Source: Escherichia phage BP32 | Length of the DNA stretch: 64,000 bases | Direction: 5' to 3' (one strand) | Sequence record: OR906198.1 | Shown here: positions 7,662 to 17,289 of the stretch, piece by piece | How positions within the stretch are numbered: position 1 is the first letter of the stretch | Layout: each line of letters begins with the position of its first letter | Translations under genes and position numbers: made by a program | Notes under the pieces: model-generated | Told to the model about the DNA's origin: nothing | Database searches by the model: none | Seen by the model: only the letters and a program-made list of their open reading frames with translations

Positions 7662-8591
7662 ATGAAAACTCGTAAACATTATATTGATTATTTTGACAGT
7701 CTTATTACTAAACATCGTAATTATCAGATCGGGCACAGAGCAGTAATCAATAATATTCTTCGTGATTTCCTTCAATATGTTGGCCAGGAAAATCATATCT
7801 GTAAAGATACTCAAAACGCTTATTCTCATTCGTTGGGCAATTTGCTTCAATGGTTTAAACGTTCTCGTCTGTTATCTTCTACTGTAGCTAGTGATAACAT
7901 TAAAAACTTTATGAAGCCGAGCTTCATTAAATCTGCGACATCTATAACCGATTTGGTTGAATTTACTATTGTTAACGATGTTAAAAAGACCCATTTGGCT
8001 GATTGGTTATCTACCATTCCTGAAACTAAATTTGCTGATAAATTCGCTTGTCAATTCAATGACCAAGTGAATATGCTTTTTAAGCATGCTCGTAAACTAT
8101 TTACCGCGGGTGATGACCGTACAAATACAGTTCATGTTAAGGACTGGGTTATTGCTGATGAAGTAACACACAAGCCAGGTGGTTCATCAGTATTAATTAA
8201 TATCCAGGTTCCTTATTATTACTCACGTAATCTCGGCACCATGACAGCTAGAGAAATTAATAAGCATAACAAAACTATTCGTTCGTTGTCTTATAAACTC
8301 TGCACGATGGTGGAGATGATGGACGTAGTGGAAATGTATGACGAAACCGAAGATAATGGTTCAATGTTATACAGTTCACGCATTCTAATTAAACTGAAGA
8401 ACCCTAATACGTATAAGCCAGTTGTAAAAGAACCTAAAATAGAAAAGGTTGATAACTTGAGCGAAGAACGTGAATACCTCAAATCTCGACTAGTTGAAGT
8501 TGAAGCTCAGATTGCCGAACACACTAAATTGTTAAAAGCTCTTAATGCAAAAGCAAATGGTTTACGTAATGCTATTGAGGTATTGAAATGA
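7662..8591 (+). CDS. hypothetical protein with C-terminal coiled coil; paralogue array member 4 (309 aa)
   Basis: Track ORF; N-terminus MKTRK..; C-terminal coiled coil. Confidence 0.7.
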   Translation: MKTRKHYIDYFDSLITKHRNYQIGHRAVINNILRDFLQYVGQENHICKDTQNAYSHSLGNLLQWFKRSRLLSSTVASDNIKNFMKPSFIKSATSITDLVEFTIVNDVKKTHLADWLSTIPETKFADKFACQFNDQVNMLFKHARKLFTAGDDRTNTVHVKDWVIADEVTHKPGGSSVLINIQVPYYYSRNLGTMTAREINKHNKTIRSLSYKLCTMVEMMDVVEMYDETEDNGSMLYSSRILIKLKNPNTYKPVVKEPKIEKVDNLSEEREYLKSRLVEVEAQIAEHTKLLKALNAKANGLRNAIEVLK

Positions 8592-8905
8592 AAAAGCGTC
8601 TATTAGAAGATATTGCAGCTTCAAGTAATTCCAGTCTAATTAAAATTATTATGGCTGGTGAAGAAGACGATTTAGAAATGCGTGGAAAGATTCATGGTTG
8701 TGACGATCTAGACTTTAAACCTCCTGCTTGGGATGCCATTATGGCTATGGTTGAACGCCGCGAAAGGGCTTCTAAGAATGTTCCGAACTGCCCAAAATGT
8801 GGTACTAAACAGGTCCAATTGGTCAATTGGCATAAACCAGAACTTGAATATAAATGTCGTCATTGCAAACACCGATTTAACCGAGAAGAAAATGCCCAAG
8901 CGTAA
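8588..8905 (+). CDS. small zinc-ribbon protein (105 aa)
   Basis: CPKCG ... CRHCKH four-cysteine motif; ATGA overlap with upstream gene. Confidence 0.6.
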   Translation: MKKRLLEDIAASSNSSLIKIIMAGEEDDLEMRGKIHGCDDLDFKPPAWDAIMAMVERRERASKNVPNCPKCGTKQVQLVNWHKPELEYKCRHCKHRFNREENAQA

Positions 8906-9134
8906 AGAATATATGGAGATTGCTGAAAAAGCAGTCCGTGAATTAGCAATAGCTTATTATAATGAACACGGTAAATTTCCTGATAGATATAGCGTTCTTA
9001 AATCTGCTTTAACTCGTTCATATAAAAATATGCTATCAGAAGTAAGTGATATTATATACAAACATAAAGAACAAACGGGCCAAAGTCTTGATTATGACGA
9101 GACTTTTAAACAAGTACTAGGAATTAAGGAATAA
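8892..9134 (+). CDS. hypothetical protein (80 aa)
   Basis: In-frame ATG at 8892 within track ORF 8733..9134; overlaps upstream gene by 14 nt. Confidence 0.45.
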   Translation: MPKRKEYMEIAEKAVRELAIAYYNEHGKFPDRYSVLKSALTRSYKNMLSEVSDIIYKHKEQTGQSLDYDETFKQVLGIKE

Positions 9135-9135
9135 T

Positions 9136-9399
9136 ATGTTTAAAGTATATGGTTATGATAGCAACATCCACAAATGTGTGTATTGCGATAATGCAAAACG
9201 TCTTTTGACTGTGAAGAAACAGCCGTTTGAATTTATCAACATTATGCCGGAAAAAGGTGTTTTTGATGATGAGAAAATTGCTGAACTTCTGACTAAACTA
9301 GGTCGTGACACTCAAATCGGATTGACGATGCCTCAGGTATTTGCTCCTGATGGAAGTCATATTGGTGGATTTGACCAATTGCGGGAATACTTTAAATGA
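9136..9399 (+). CDS. nrdC: phage thioredoxin/glutaredoxin NrdC
   Basis: 87 aa, CVYC redox motif; sequence matches my recall of T4 thioredoxin. Confidence 0.85.
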   Translation: MFKVYGYDSNIHKCVYCDNAKRLLTVKKQPFEFINIMPEKGVFDDEKIAELLTKLGRDTQIGLTMPQVFAPDGSHIGGFDQLREYFK

Positions 9400-9611
9400 T
9401 GCTCGAAGGAACTGATTATATCCATGACTACCGCGGAAGCGCGGTATATGTGGGTGATGAGGTTGCAGTTTATTATGGGTATGGAACTTTGATGACAGCA
9501 AAGGTTATTCAAATTAAAAATGGCCGTGCTAAACTCGAAGTTTATTATTCTAATGGTGAAAAGTCTATTTCTAAATGGAAATACGGCGATTGTATGGTCA
9601 AATTGGGGTAA
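9396..9611 (+). CDS. hypothetical protein (71 aa)
   Basis: Track ORF; ATGA overlap with nrdC stop. Confidence 0.55.
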   Translation: MMLEGTDYIHDYRGSAVYVGDEVAVYYGYGTLMTAKVIQIKNGRAKLEVYYSNGEKSISKWKYGDCMVKLG

Positions 9612-9613
9612 AT

Positions 9614-9784
9614 ATGATTTACGATATTAGTGTATCAAGAACTCCGTCAATGGTTACTATTCCAGCTGAAGAATTAGATCGTCTTCAGAAAATTGAAGAA
9701 CTTCTTTGGGAAATTGAATCTGATTTGCCATCAGGATTAGAATCCTGGATTGATTATGAAGAACTTAATAAATTGCGAAATTAA
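9614..9784 (+). CDS. hypothetical protein (56 aa)
   Basis: ATG at 9614 after GGGGTAA; within track ORF 9575..9784. Confidence 0.4.
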   Translation: MIYDISVSRTPSMVTIPAEELDRLQKIEELLWEIESDLPSGLESWIDYEELNKLRN

Positions 9785-9794
9785 GTGGTGACAA

Positions 9795-10115
9795 ATGACT
9801 ATTGAAAATAAATTAGATGTTGATGCAGTTCTGAGTGAAATCATCGAAGACCATGATGCATTTTCAGAAAACTATGATTTCGATTTTTCGGATTATCTTA
9901 AACCTGTCGAAATAGAAGACTGGGTACAAGATGGCAAATGCCAATATCGGCAGTGTGTTTATTTTAGCCCAAAACATAATGTACATGTTTCCGTAAATGA
10001 ATGCCGTTCAGGTTCTTACCATTCTGACTGGTATTATGCAGTTCCGACTGTTGAATTAGTCGAGCCCCGTGAACGTGTAGTAACTCAGACAATACGAGAA
10101 TGGATTACGCTATAA
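9795..10115 (+). CDS. hypothetical protein (106 aa)
   Basis: Track ORF. Confidence 0.55.
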   Translation: MTIENKLDVDAVLSEIIEDHDAFSENYDFDFSDYLKPVEIEDWVQDGKCQYRQCVYFSPKHNVHVSVNECRSGSYHSDWYYAVPTVELVEPRERVVTQTIREWITL

Positions 10116-10238
10116 AACCTTGGTGGGCGGCTAGATGGGAAACAGTAGAGCCAGAGCCGGAAGAACCGGTTTACACTGATGAAGAAACAGTATATAATGA
10201 ACCAACGATAAATGACTTAATTGATATGGAGATGGGAC

Positions 10239-10685
10239 ATGATTACAGTAGATAAGTGGTTTAGAATTAATCGTGCTGATAAAGGGCTGTGTAATTACTG
10301 GCCGGAACTTAGTGCAGGTACTGTCTTTAAAGTTCGTGAACTCGCAAAAGAATGCGAAGATGATATAGAACCTGATACTGGAATTATTGAAATTGAACTT
10401 TCTGATGGAAAGATTATTAACATCTATGATAAGCCAATTACGTATTGGTGCTTATGGAATACTGAATCAGTAGAAAATGGCGAAATTGAAGAAGTTGTAG
10501 AACGAGCTGATCAAGCTCTTCATAAACCTAAAGCTGGATTTCAGGGTGAACGCATTTCATATGCATTATCTAAATCGGCGTTGAAAAAAGATATTGATGA
10601 TTATGAAGGAAATTTGATGCAAGCTGCGGCAGAATATATTGAATGGCTTGAAACTCAAATTTCTTTTTCTGACCGAGCGTTTTAA
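10239..10685 (+). CDS. hypothetical protein (148 aa) in the T4 pin/49.x position
   Basis: ATG at 10239 preceded by GGAG; track start 10221 is TTG; position relative to gene 49 resembles T4 pin but identity unverified. Confidence 0.5.
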   Translation: MITVDKWFRINRADKGLCNYWPELSAGTVFKVRELAKECEDDIEPDTGIIEIELSDGKIINIYDKPITYWCLWNTESVENGEIEEVVERADQALHKPKAGFQGERISYALSKSALKKDIDDYEGNLMQAAAEYIEWLETQISFSDRAF

Positions 10686-10704
10686 TACTTGAAAATAATA
10701 AATA

Positions 10705-10734
10705 CCCTTATCTATTTAAGGTAAGGGTTTTATT
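10705..10734 (+). promoter_or_regulatory. hairpin overlapping the gene 49 ribosome-binding site (terminator-like, translational control element)
   Basis: CCCTTA ... TAAGGG inverted repeat then TTTTATT immediately 5' of the gene 49 ATG at 10735; the 3' arm carries the AAGG/GGG SD. Confidence 0.5.
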
Positions 10735-11208
10735 ATGTTATTGACTGGCAAATTATACAAAGAAGAAAAACAAAAATTTTATAATGCGCAAAATGGTAAA
10801 TGCTTAATTTGCCAACGAGAACTAAATCCTGATGTTCAAGCTAATCACCTCGACCATGACCATGAATTAAATGGACCAAAAGCAGGAAAGGTACGTGGAT
10901 TGCTCTGTAATCTCTGCAATGCTGCGGAAGGTCAAATGAAGCATAAATTTAATCGTTCTGGCTTAAAGGGACAAGGTGTTGATTATCTTGAATGGTTAGA
11001 AAATTTACTTACTTATTTAAAATCCGATTACACCCAAAATAATATTCACCCTAACTTCGTTGGAGATAAATCAAAGGAATTTTCTCGTTTAGGAAAAGAG
11101 GAAATGATGGCTGAGATGCTTCAAAGAGGATTTGAATATAATGAATCTGACACTAAAACACAATTAATAGCTTCATTTAAGAAGCAGCTTAGAAAGAGTT
11201 TAAAATGA
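10735..11208 (+). CDS. 49: recombination endonuclease VII (Holliday junction resolvase)
   Basis: 157 aa; Cys-rich zinc motif CLICQ ... CNLCN; matches my recall of T4 gp49. Confidence 0.9.
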   Translation: MLLTGKLYKEEKQKFYNAQNGKCLICQRELNPDVQANHLDHDHELNGPKAGKVRGLLCNLCNAAEGQMKHKFNRSGLKGQGVDYLEWLENLLTYLKSDYTQNNIHPNFVGDKSKEFSRLGKEEMMAEMLQRGFEYNESDTKTQLIASFKKQLRKSLK

Positions 11209-13022
11209 CAATTGAAAAAGAAATTGAAGGATTAATTCATAAAACTAATAAAGACCTTTTGAACGAGAATGCTAATAAAGATTCTCGTGTTTTTCCAACT
11301 CAACGGGACCTTATGGCTGGTATTGTGTCTAAACACATTGCCAAAAATATGGTCCCGTCTTTTATTATGAAAGCGCATGAAAGCGGAATTATTCATTTCC
11401 ATGATATTGATTATTCCCCTGCTCTTCCATTTACTAATTGCTGTTTAGTAGATTTAAAAGGAATGCTTGAGAACGGATTTAAGCTCGGTAATGCACAGAT
11501 TGAAACTCCTAAATCAATCGGCGTTGCTACTGCAATTATGGCGCAAATTACTGCACAGGTTGCTTCCCATCAATATGGTGGAACGACTTTTGCGAATGTA
11601 GACAAAGTACTTTCTCCTTATGTTAAACGCACCTATGCAAAACATATTGAAGATGCAGAAAAATGGCAAATCGCTGATGCGCTGAATTACGCCCAGTCTA
11701 AAACAGAAAAAGACGTATACGATGCATTCCAAGCTTATGAATATGAAGTAAATACTCTCTTTAGTTCAAACGGACAAACGCCCTTTGTAACAATTACATT
11801 TGGCACGGGAACTGACTGGACTGAACGAATGATTCAGAAAGCAATTCTGAAAAATCGTATCAAAGGTCTTGGTCGTGATGGGATAACTCCTATTTTCCCT
11901 AAGCTTGTTATGTTCGTTGAAGAGGGTGTTAATCTTTATAAAGACGATCCGAACTATGATATTAAGCAGCTTGCTCTAGAGTGTGCAAGTAAAAGAATGT
12001 ATCCTGACATCATTTCGGCTAAGAACAATAAAGCTATCACAGGTTCATCTATTCCTGTTTCTCCAATGGGTTGCCGCAGTTTCTTAAGTGTATGGAAAGA
12101 TTCGACTGGTAATGAAATTCTTGATGGACGTAATAATCTTGGCGTTGTAACACTGAATCTTCCTCGTATTGCGTTAGATTCTTATATTGGAACACAGTTC
12201 AATGAACAGAAATTTGCCGAATTGTTCAATGAACGAATGGATTTATGTTTTGAAGCTTTGATGTGTAGAATCAGTTCCTTAAAAGGAGTTAAAGCTACTG
12301 TTGCTCCTATTCTTTACCAAGAAGGTGCATTCGGGGTTCGTCTTAAACCTGATGACGATATAATTGAGTTATTTAAAAACGGTAGAAGTTCAGTGTCCCT
12401 AGGATACATTGGTATTCACGAATTGAATATTCTTGTCGGTCGTGATATTGGACAAGAAATTTTAACTAAAATGAATACTCATCTTAAACAATGGACTGAA
12501 AGAACCGGATTTGCTTTTAGTTTATATTCTACTCCTGCTGAAAACCTGTGCTATCGCTTCTGTAAACTTGATACCGAAAAATATGGAAGTGTAAAAGATG
12601 TTACCGATAAAGGCTGGTACACTAACAGTTTCCACGTTTCAGTAGAAGAAAATATTACTCCGTTTGAAAAGATTTCTCGCGAAGCACCGTATCATTTCAT
12701 TGCGACAGGTGGTCACATTTCTTATGTTGAACTTCCTGATATGAAAAATAACCTAAAAGGTCTTGAGGCTGTATGGGATTATGCTGCACAACATTTAGAT
12801 TATTTTGGTGTTAATATGCCAGTAGATAAATGTTTTACATGCGGAAGTACCCATGAAATGACTCCTACTGAAAACGGATTTGTTTGTTCTATTTGTGGAG
12901 AAACTGATCCTAAAAAGATGAACACAATAAGAAGAACATGTGGCTATTTGGGAAATCCGAATGAACGCGGATTTAATCTTGGCAAAAATAAAGAAATCAT
13001 GCATAGGGTTAAACACCAATGA
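11205..13022 (+). CDS. nrdD: anaerobic ribonucleoside-triphosphate reductase
   Basis: 605 aa uninterrupted ORF; C-terminal glycyl-radical region and Cys cluster (CFTCG ... CSICG); ATGA overlap with gene 49. Confidence 0.95.
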   Translation: MTIEKEIEGLIHKTNKDLLNENANKDSRVFPTQRDLMAGIVSKHIAKNMVPSFIMKAHESGIIHFHDIDYSPALPFTNCCLVDLKGMLENGFKLGNAQIETPKSIGVATAIMAQITAQVASHQYGGTTFANVDKVLSPYVKRTYAKHIEDAEKWQIADALNYAQSKTEKDVYDAFQAYEYEVNTLFSSNGQTPFVTITFGTGTDWTERMIQKAILKNRIKGLGRDGITPIFPKLVMFVEEGVNLYKDDPNYDIKQLALECASKRMYPDIISAKNNKAITGSSIPVSPMGCRSFLSVWKDSTGNEILDGRNNLGVVTLNLPRIALDSYIGTQFNEQKFAELFNERMDLCFEALMCRISSLKGVKATVAPILYQEGAFGVRLKPDDDIIELFKNGRSSVSLGYIGIHELNILVGRDIGQEILTKMNTHLKQWTERTGFAFSLYSTPAENLCYRFCKLDTEKYGSVKDVTDKGWYTNSFHVSVEENITPFEKISREAPYHFIATGGHISYVELPDMKNNLKGLEAVWDYAAQHLDYFGVNMPVDKCFTCGSTHEMTPTENGFVCSICGETDPKKMNTIRRTCGYLGNPNERGFNLGKNKEIMHRVKHQ

Positions 13023-13489
13023 ATTATGATAGATTTTATCCTTGCGATTTTGTGAATGGCCCTGGATGCAGGGTCGTTCTTTTCGTTACAGGTTGTTTGC
13101 ATAAATGCGAAGGGTGTTATAATAAATCAACGTGGAATGCTAGAAATGGCGTTCCATTCACTGGTGAAACACTGGAACAATTAATTGAATGTTTGAATAA
13201 TGATTATATAGAAGGATTAACTATAACTGGAGGAGACCCTCTTTATCCTGATAATCGAGATGTTGTTCATTGCATTGTTCAAACAGTAAAAAATCTTTAT
13301 CCAAATAAAAGCATTTGGTTGTGGACAGGATATAAATTTGAAGATATTAAACAACTAGAAATGCTTAAATATGTTGATGTTATTATTGATGGGAAGTATG
13401 AGAAAAATCTTCCGACCAAAAAGCTGTGGCGAGGTTCAGATAATCAGCGACTTTGGTCAAATACCGATGGGGTGTGGAAACATGATTAA
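13019..13489 (+). CDS. nrdG: anaerobic RNR activating protein (radical SAM)
   Basis: 156 aa; CLHKCEGC cluster; ATGA overlap with nrdD. Confidence 0.9.
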   Translation: MNYDRFYPCDFVNGPGCRVVLFVTGCLHKCEGCYNKSTWNARNGVPFTGETLEQLIECLNNDYIEGLTITGGDPLYPDNRDVVHCIVQTVKNLYPNKSIWLWTGYKFEDIKQLEMLKYVDVIIDGKYEKNLPTKKLWRGSDNQRLWSNTDGVWKHD

Positions 13490-13603
13490 ATTGAATTATA
13501 TTATGGACACTATAAATGATATGATTTTTCATTTTGGTCCAGAATTTTATTCGCAGTATAGTTTAGTACTTATCAATGCTTGGTTAATCAATTAAGGGTA
13601 AAT

Positions 13604-13816
13604 ATGTATAAATTTCGTAAAGGTTTAGCTGATTTTCTTACAACCGTAACGTTCTTTTTGTTTATGGCAGTTGGAGCTATTTTCCTTATTCCTTTTATTG
13701 CTATATTTTTCGTGATTAGTTTGATTTCTCCAGAAAAAGGACTATCTTCTAGCGAATTCAATGAGCGTCTGGATAAAATTACTAACAAGCTGAATGCTGC
13801 TCTTAGTAAGGAATAG
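13604..13816 (+). CDS. small membrane protein (70 aa)
   Basis: ATG at 13604 after AAGGGTAA; hydrophobic core FLFMAVGAIFLIPFIAIFFVISLI. Confidence 0.5.
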   Translation: MYKFRKGLADFLTTVTFFLFMAVGAIFLIPFIAIFFVISLISPEKGLSSSEFNERLDKITNKLNAALSKE

Positions 13817-13818
13817 TT

Positions 13819-14127
13819 GTGAAACAAAACAAGATTGAAGTCTATGGAATTCCAGATGAAGTAGGTCGTTGTCCTGGATGTCAATCAGTTACAAAACTTC
13901 TAAAGGAGCTCAATGCTCCTTTTACTTTCTATAAAGTTCTTACAAATAATGGTAAGATTGAGTATGATCGTCCACTGATTGTATCTCTTGCTAAACGAGC
14001 TGGATTCACATCTCTTAACATTCGTTATCCAGTCATTTTCATCAATGATTCTAGACAAAAGAACATTAAACACTTCAAAGAAACTCTCATTTCACTTGGA
14101 TATGATAGAGATATCATAGAAGATTAA
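13819..14127 (+). CDS. nrdH: glutaredoxin-like protein NrdH
   Basis: 102 aa; CPGC redox motif; GTG start; terminator downstream. Confidence 0.8.
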   Translation: MKQNKIEVYGIPDEVGRCPGCQSVTKLLKELNAPFTFYKVLTNNGKIEYDRPLIVSLAKRAGFTSLNIRYPVIFINDSRQKNIKHFKETLISLGYDRDIIED

Positions 14128-14130
14128 GAT

Positions 14131-14150
14131 GGGCCCTCTGGGCCTTTCTT
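14131..14150 (+). terminator. weak rho-independent terminator after nrdH
   Basis: GGCCC-TCT-GGGCC short hairpin followed by TTTCTTTC. Confidence 0.4.
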
Positions 14151-14225
14151 TCTCACATTCTGTATATTACCATTCTAAGCTATCGTTCCCTTCTTATCAT
14201 TCCCTAAAATAATTTTCACAAAGTT

Positions 14226-14255
14226 GTTTACAAGAAGTTTAAACTGTGGTATTAT
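14226..14255 (+). promoter_or_regulatory. T4-type early promoter
   Basis: -35 GTTTAC, -10 TATTAT with upstream TGTGG. Confidence 0.6.
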
Positions 14256-14285
14256 TAACATATGAATTGCCTTTGAGGATTTGAT

Positions 14286-14468
14286 ATGGTTGTGGTTGAT
14301 AAAGAAATTAAAAAGGGACAATATTATTTTATTAATGGTAATGTTGTTCGTGTTACTTATGTAAACGGTTTTGAAGTTTATTATCTTATACTCAAGTTAC
14401 ATAAACAGATGATTTGTGATCGTGCTGTATTTAGTTCAGTTGCTAAGGAAATTAAACTCCATGGGTAA
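14286..14468 (+). CDS. hypothetical protein (60 aa)
   Basis: Track ORF downstream of an early promoter. Confidence 0.5.
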   Translation: MVVVDKEIKKGQYYFINGNVVRVTYVNGFEVYYLILKLHKQMICDRAVFSSVAKEIKLHG

Positions 14469-14754
14469 AACGTATCGTCGTAAAGATTTAAAAGTACGTG
14501 ATTATGACTATTTCGGAAAGCGTAAAGCTCCTGATGGTGTAAGTCATAAAGATATGGTTGAAAACATTTTTCGCTCTGATAAATGGCGTAGAATGAAAGG
14601 CATTGATTCAGAAGTTAAAGATGAGTTAAATCGTCAATTGCGTGGTGAAGTAAGAAAGTTGAAAAAATCAGTTTACATTGACGATGATTTTGATTACAAT
14701 ACTTCTCAACGAGTTGCTAAGCGTAAATCAAACGAGTGCTATCGTTACAGCTGA
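14461..14754 (+). CDS. hypothetical basic protein (97 aa)
   Basis: In-frame ATG at 14461 within track ORF 14416..14754; Lys/Arg-rich. Confidence 0.5.
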   Translation: MGKTYRRKDLKVRDYDYFGKRKAPDGVSHKDMVENIFRSDKWRRMKGIDSEVKDELNRQLRGEVRKLKKSVYIDDDFDYNTSQRVAKRKSNECYRYS

Positions 14755-14761
14755 GGAAAAT

Positions 14762-14893
14762 ATGAATATCAAACGCATGCTTTTTAAACAAGGATTATAC
14801 ACTTTAAATATTGCTCCAAAAGGCGATACGACCAAGTGGTCAGTAAATGACTGGATTAAATTCATTGATGAAAACGGTAACTGGAAAATTTAA
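14762..14893 (+). CDS. hypothetical small protein (43 aa)
   Basis: ATG after GAGGAAAAT RBS; within track ORF 14678..14893. Confidence 0.45.
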   Translation: MNIKRMLFKQGLYTLNIAPKGDTTKWSVNDWIKFIDENGNWKI

Positions 14894-15094
14894 ATGAATC
14901 CTGAATCTAAATTATCACAACGAATTGCCGAAGCTCGTCGTCAGTTCTTTGAAAATATGATAGCCCAAGGTATTGATGACGAAGTTTTTCTGAACTGGTT
15001 TTGGAATCACAAATATTCAAGCTGTTCAGGGGCAATATTAATATCAGCCGCAATGATGTATGAAGGCTGGAAAGGTGCCAAACAGTTTAGCTAA
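14894..15094 (+). CDS. hypothetical protein (66 aa)
   Basis: Track ORF; terminator immediately downstream. Confidence 0.55.
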   Translation: MNPESKLSQRIAEARRQFFENMIAQGIDDEVFLNWFWNHKYSSCSGAILISAAMMYEGWKGAKQFS

Positions 15095-15112
15095 GGGCTT
15101 CGGCCCTTTTTG
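15093..15112 (+). terminator. rho-independent terminator
   Basis: AAGGGC-TTCG-GCCCTT hairpin plus T-run. Confidence 0.75.
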
Positions 15113-15146
15113 GATAATAAAATTTTAACGCAATTGAGGATAATGT

Positions 15147-15473
15147 ATGACTATTCAAATTAAAAACGCCATCAATTCTTATGCATATGATAAAGTAGTT
15201 TCTCTGCTAGAAAAAGGCGATATTGTAACTCCTCAAATTTTGGATAAATGGGAAAAAGAGCTTCATCAGACGATGAAACAGAATGATCAGAAGATTGGAC
15301 GAAATACTGTCCGTGAATTGATGGTTCAATATATCTTGTCAGAATTTGATGTTAAAGCTTTTGGTGTAGAATCTAAAGCTTATCAAAAGCATGAAATTTC
15401 TGATAAAACTATTCGTCGTATGAAAAATCAACGCAAGAAAAAATTTGCTGATCTGAAAATTACTAAGGTATGA
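15147..15473 (+). CDS. hypothetical protein (108 aa)
   Basis: Track ORF; RBS GAGGATAATGT upstream. Confidence 0.6.
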   Translation: MTIQIKNAINSYAYDKVVSLLEKGDIVTPQILDKWEKELHQTMKQNDQKIGRNTVRELMVQYILSEFDVKAFGVESKAYQKHEISDKTIRRMKNQRKKKFADLKITKV

Positions 15474-15691
15474 ATATGAATGAAGCTCTTATTAACGATT
15501 TGCGTCTTGCCGGATATGAAGTAAATACTAATGGCATTGGTTTAACTCAAATTGAAGGAAACGGATTCATCCTTGAGTATGAATTTAGCCAATGGTGGTT
15601 ATATGCTAATTATGGCGAATTAATTGAATATGTCGATCAATTTGATTCACTAGATGCAGCTCTTGAAGCGGCTAAGTTGATGAATACATGA
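15470..15691 (+). CDS. hypothetical protein (73 aa)
   Basis: Track ORF; ATGA overlap with upstream gene. Confidence 0.55.
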   Translation: MNMNEALINDLRLAGYEVNTNGIGLTQIEGNGFILEYEFSQWWLYANYGELIEYVDQFDSLDAALEAAKLMNT

Positions 15692-15957
15692 AATTTATTA
15701 ATATTTCTATTACTATTGAAAATTATGGAATTTTCTATGTTGACCAATATATGAAAATTTCATTTTTCCCAAATAAGACTGGTGTTGGATATTGGGAAAG
15801 CCATGTTTCTGAATTAAATGAAAGTGAATATGTTAGCACACATGAAAAGTTTTTAGACTTTTTATATCATGCTGATTTAACTAGTCATTACATAGATATT
15901 CATGAATTTAAAAAGATGATGGAGAAAGTGTTCCAAGCATACTGTTTACTTAGATAA
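15688..15957 (+). CDS. hypothetical protein (89 aa)
   Basis: Track ORF; ATGA overlap with upstream gene. Confidence 0.5.
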   Translation: MKFINISITIENYGIFYVDQYMKISFFPNKTGVGYWESHVSELNESEYVSTHEKFLDFLYHADLTSHYIDIHEFKKMMEKVFQAYCLLR

Positions 15958-16035
15958 CTGATATCCTCTATGCTTTAAGATAGATCTTCAAATATTATGA
16001 TATAATAGATCTATGAATTGAGCTAAGAGGTGAAA

Positions 16036-16593
16036 ATGTCAGAAACTAAGCCTAAATATAATTACGTAAACAATAAAGAGCTTTTACAAGCTATTATTGA
16101 TTGGAAAACAGAATTAGCAAATAATAAAGACCCAAATAAAGTAGTTCGTCAGAATGATACTATCGGATTAGCCATTATGCTTATTGCAGAAGGCTTATCT
16201 AAACGTTTCAACTTTTCAGGATACACCCAGTCTTGGAAACAAGAAATGATTGCAGATGGTATAGAAGCTTCTATTAAGGGGCTTCATAATTTTGACGAAA
16301 CGAAATATAAAAACCCACATGCATATATAACTCAAGCTTGTTTTAATGCATTCGTCCAACGTATTAAAAAAGAACGTAAGGAAGTTGCAAAGAAATATAG
16401 TTACTTCGTTCACAATGTCTATGACAGTCGTGACGACGATATGGTTGCGTTAGTAGATGAAACTTTTATTCAAGACATTTACGATAAAATGACGCATTAC
16501 GAAGAATCAACCTATAGAACACTAGGGGCTGAAAAGAAAAGTGTTGTAGACGATTCTCCTAGTTTGGATTTTTTATATGAGGCTAACGATTAA
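16036..16593 (+). CDS. 55: late-transcription sigma factor gp55
   Basis: 185 aa from ATG at 16036 ([20 protein letters not shown]...) matches my recall of T4 gp55; RBS GAGGTGAAA. Confidence 0.9.
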   Translation: MSETKPKYNYVNNKELLQAIIDWKTELANNKDPNKVVRQNDTIGLAIMLIAEGLSKRFNFSGYTQSWKQEMIADGIEASIKGLHNFDETKYKNPHAYITQACFNAFVQRIKKERKEVAKKYSYFVHNVYDSRDDDMVALVDETFIQDIYDKMTHYEESTYRTLGAEKKSVVDDSPSLDFLYEAND

Positions 16594-16795
16594 CCTCTCC
16601 GGATTCTTGGAAGAAATACCCGAAGTTGAAGCTATTCCCTATTTACTTAAAATGTATCTCAGGGAAGTTTTAGCTCTTGACATTGATATTGATCCAGAAA
16701 ATCCGTATGATACCGCTTTTAAATCTAATGGTGTAGAATTAAACTATCGGTATCATTTAACAGATGATGATTTTTATTTTATATTAGAGAAATAA
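16577..16795 (+). CDS. hypothetical protein (72 aa)
   Basis: Track ORF; overlaps gene 55 3' end by 17 nt. Confidence 0.45.
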   Translation: MRLTINLSGFLEEIPEVEAIPYLLKMYLREVLALDIDIDPENPYDTAFKSNGVELNYRYHLTDDDFYFILEK

Positions 16796-16796
16796 T

Positions 16797-17114
16797 ATGA
16801 CTGATAAACCCGAAATTAATGATGAAGTGGAAAAGCTTATTTCTTCTATTGAAGAAAAGAACCGTCTTGAAGCAGAAAGAAAAGCAAATAAGTTATTGTC
16901 TAAAAATAAACGCGAACTGAACCGTCTTTATAAACACGCTCAAATTGCAGCTGAAAACAATAATTTTGCTCAATACGAATATGCTATCAAGAAAAGTCGG
17001 GATATTCTAAAACAGCCATATAATGATGAACTCATTAGTATTCTTTGGAAGACTACTAGATCACAGATTGAGGATATGATTGATGCTTACACACGTAAAA
17101 TTCAAGCGTCTTAA
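16797..17114 (+). CDS. hypothetical protein (105 aa)
   Basis: Track ORF. Confidence 0.6.
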   Translation: MTDKPEINDEVEKLISSIEEKNRLEAERKANKLLSKNKRELNRLYKHAQIAAENNNFAQYEYAIKKSRDILKQPYNDELISILWKTTRSQIEDMIDAYTRKIQAS

Positions 17115-17286
17115 AATTAATGCAGGATTTACTGAATCTTTGAATGGTCATCTTTGTGTGAAAATTTCTGAAAAAGAATACCATGATAGTTCAATTAAAG
17201 AAGTTAATCCTCCTATTGTAAGAGCAGACCCTAATATGAAAGTGTGGGTTGATTCTTATCAAGTCAAAAAATGGTGGCAACTGTGA
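17080..17286 (+). CDS. hypothetical protein (68 aa)
   Basis: Track ORF; overlaps upstream gene. Confidence 0.45.
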   Translation: MMLTHVKFKRLKINAGFTESLNGHLCVKISEKEYHDSSIKEVNPPIVRADPNMKVWVDSYQVKKWWQL

Positions 17287-17289
17287 AAG

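Noticed and set aside
11205-13022. Possible group I intron or homing endonuclease insertion in nrdD (as in T4)
   Set aside because: The ORF is continuous for 605 codons with no internal stop or inserted ORF, and nrdG follows with an ATGA overlap; no intron is present.
13371-13595. Plus-strand ORF of 74 aa overlapping the nrdG 3' end
   Set aside because: Out-of-frame overlap with the conserved nrdG C-terminus and no recognisable RBS.
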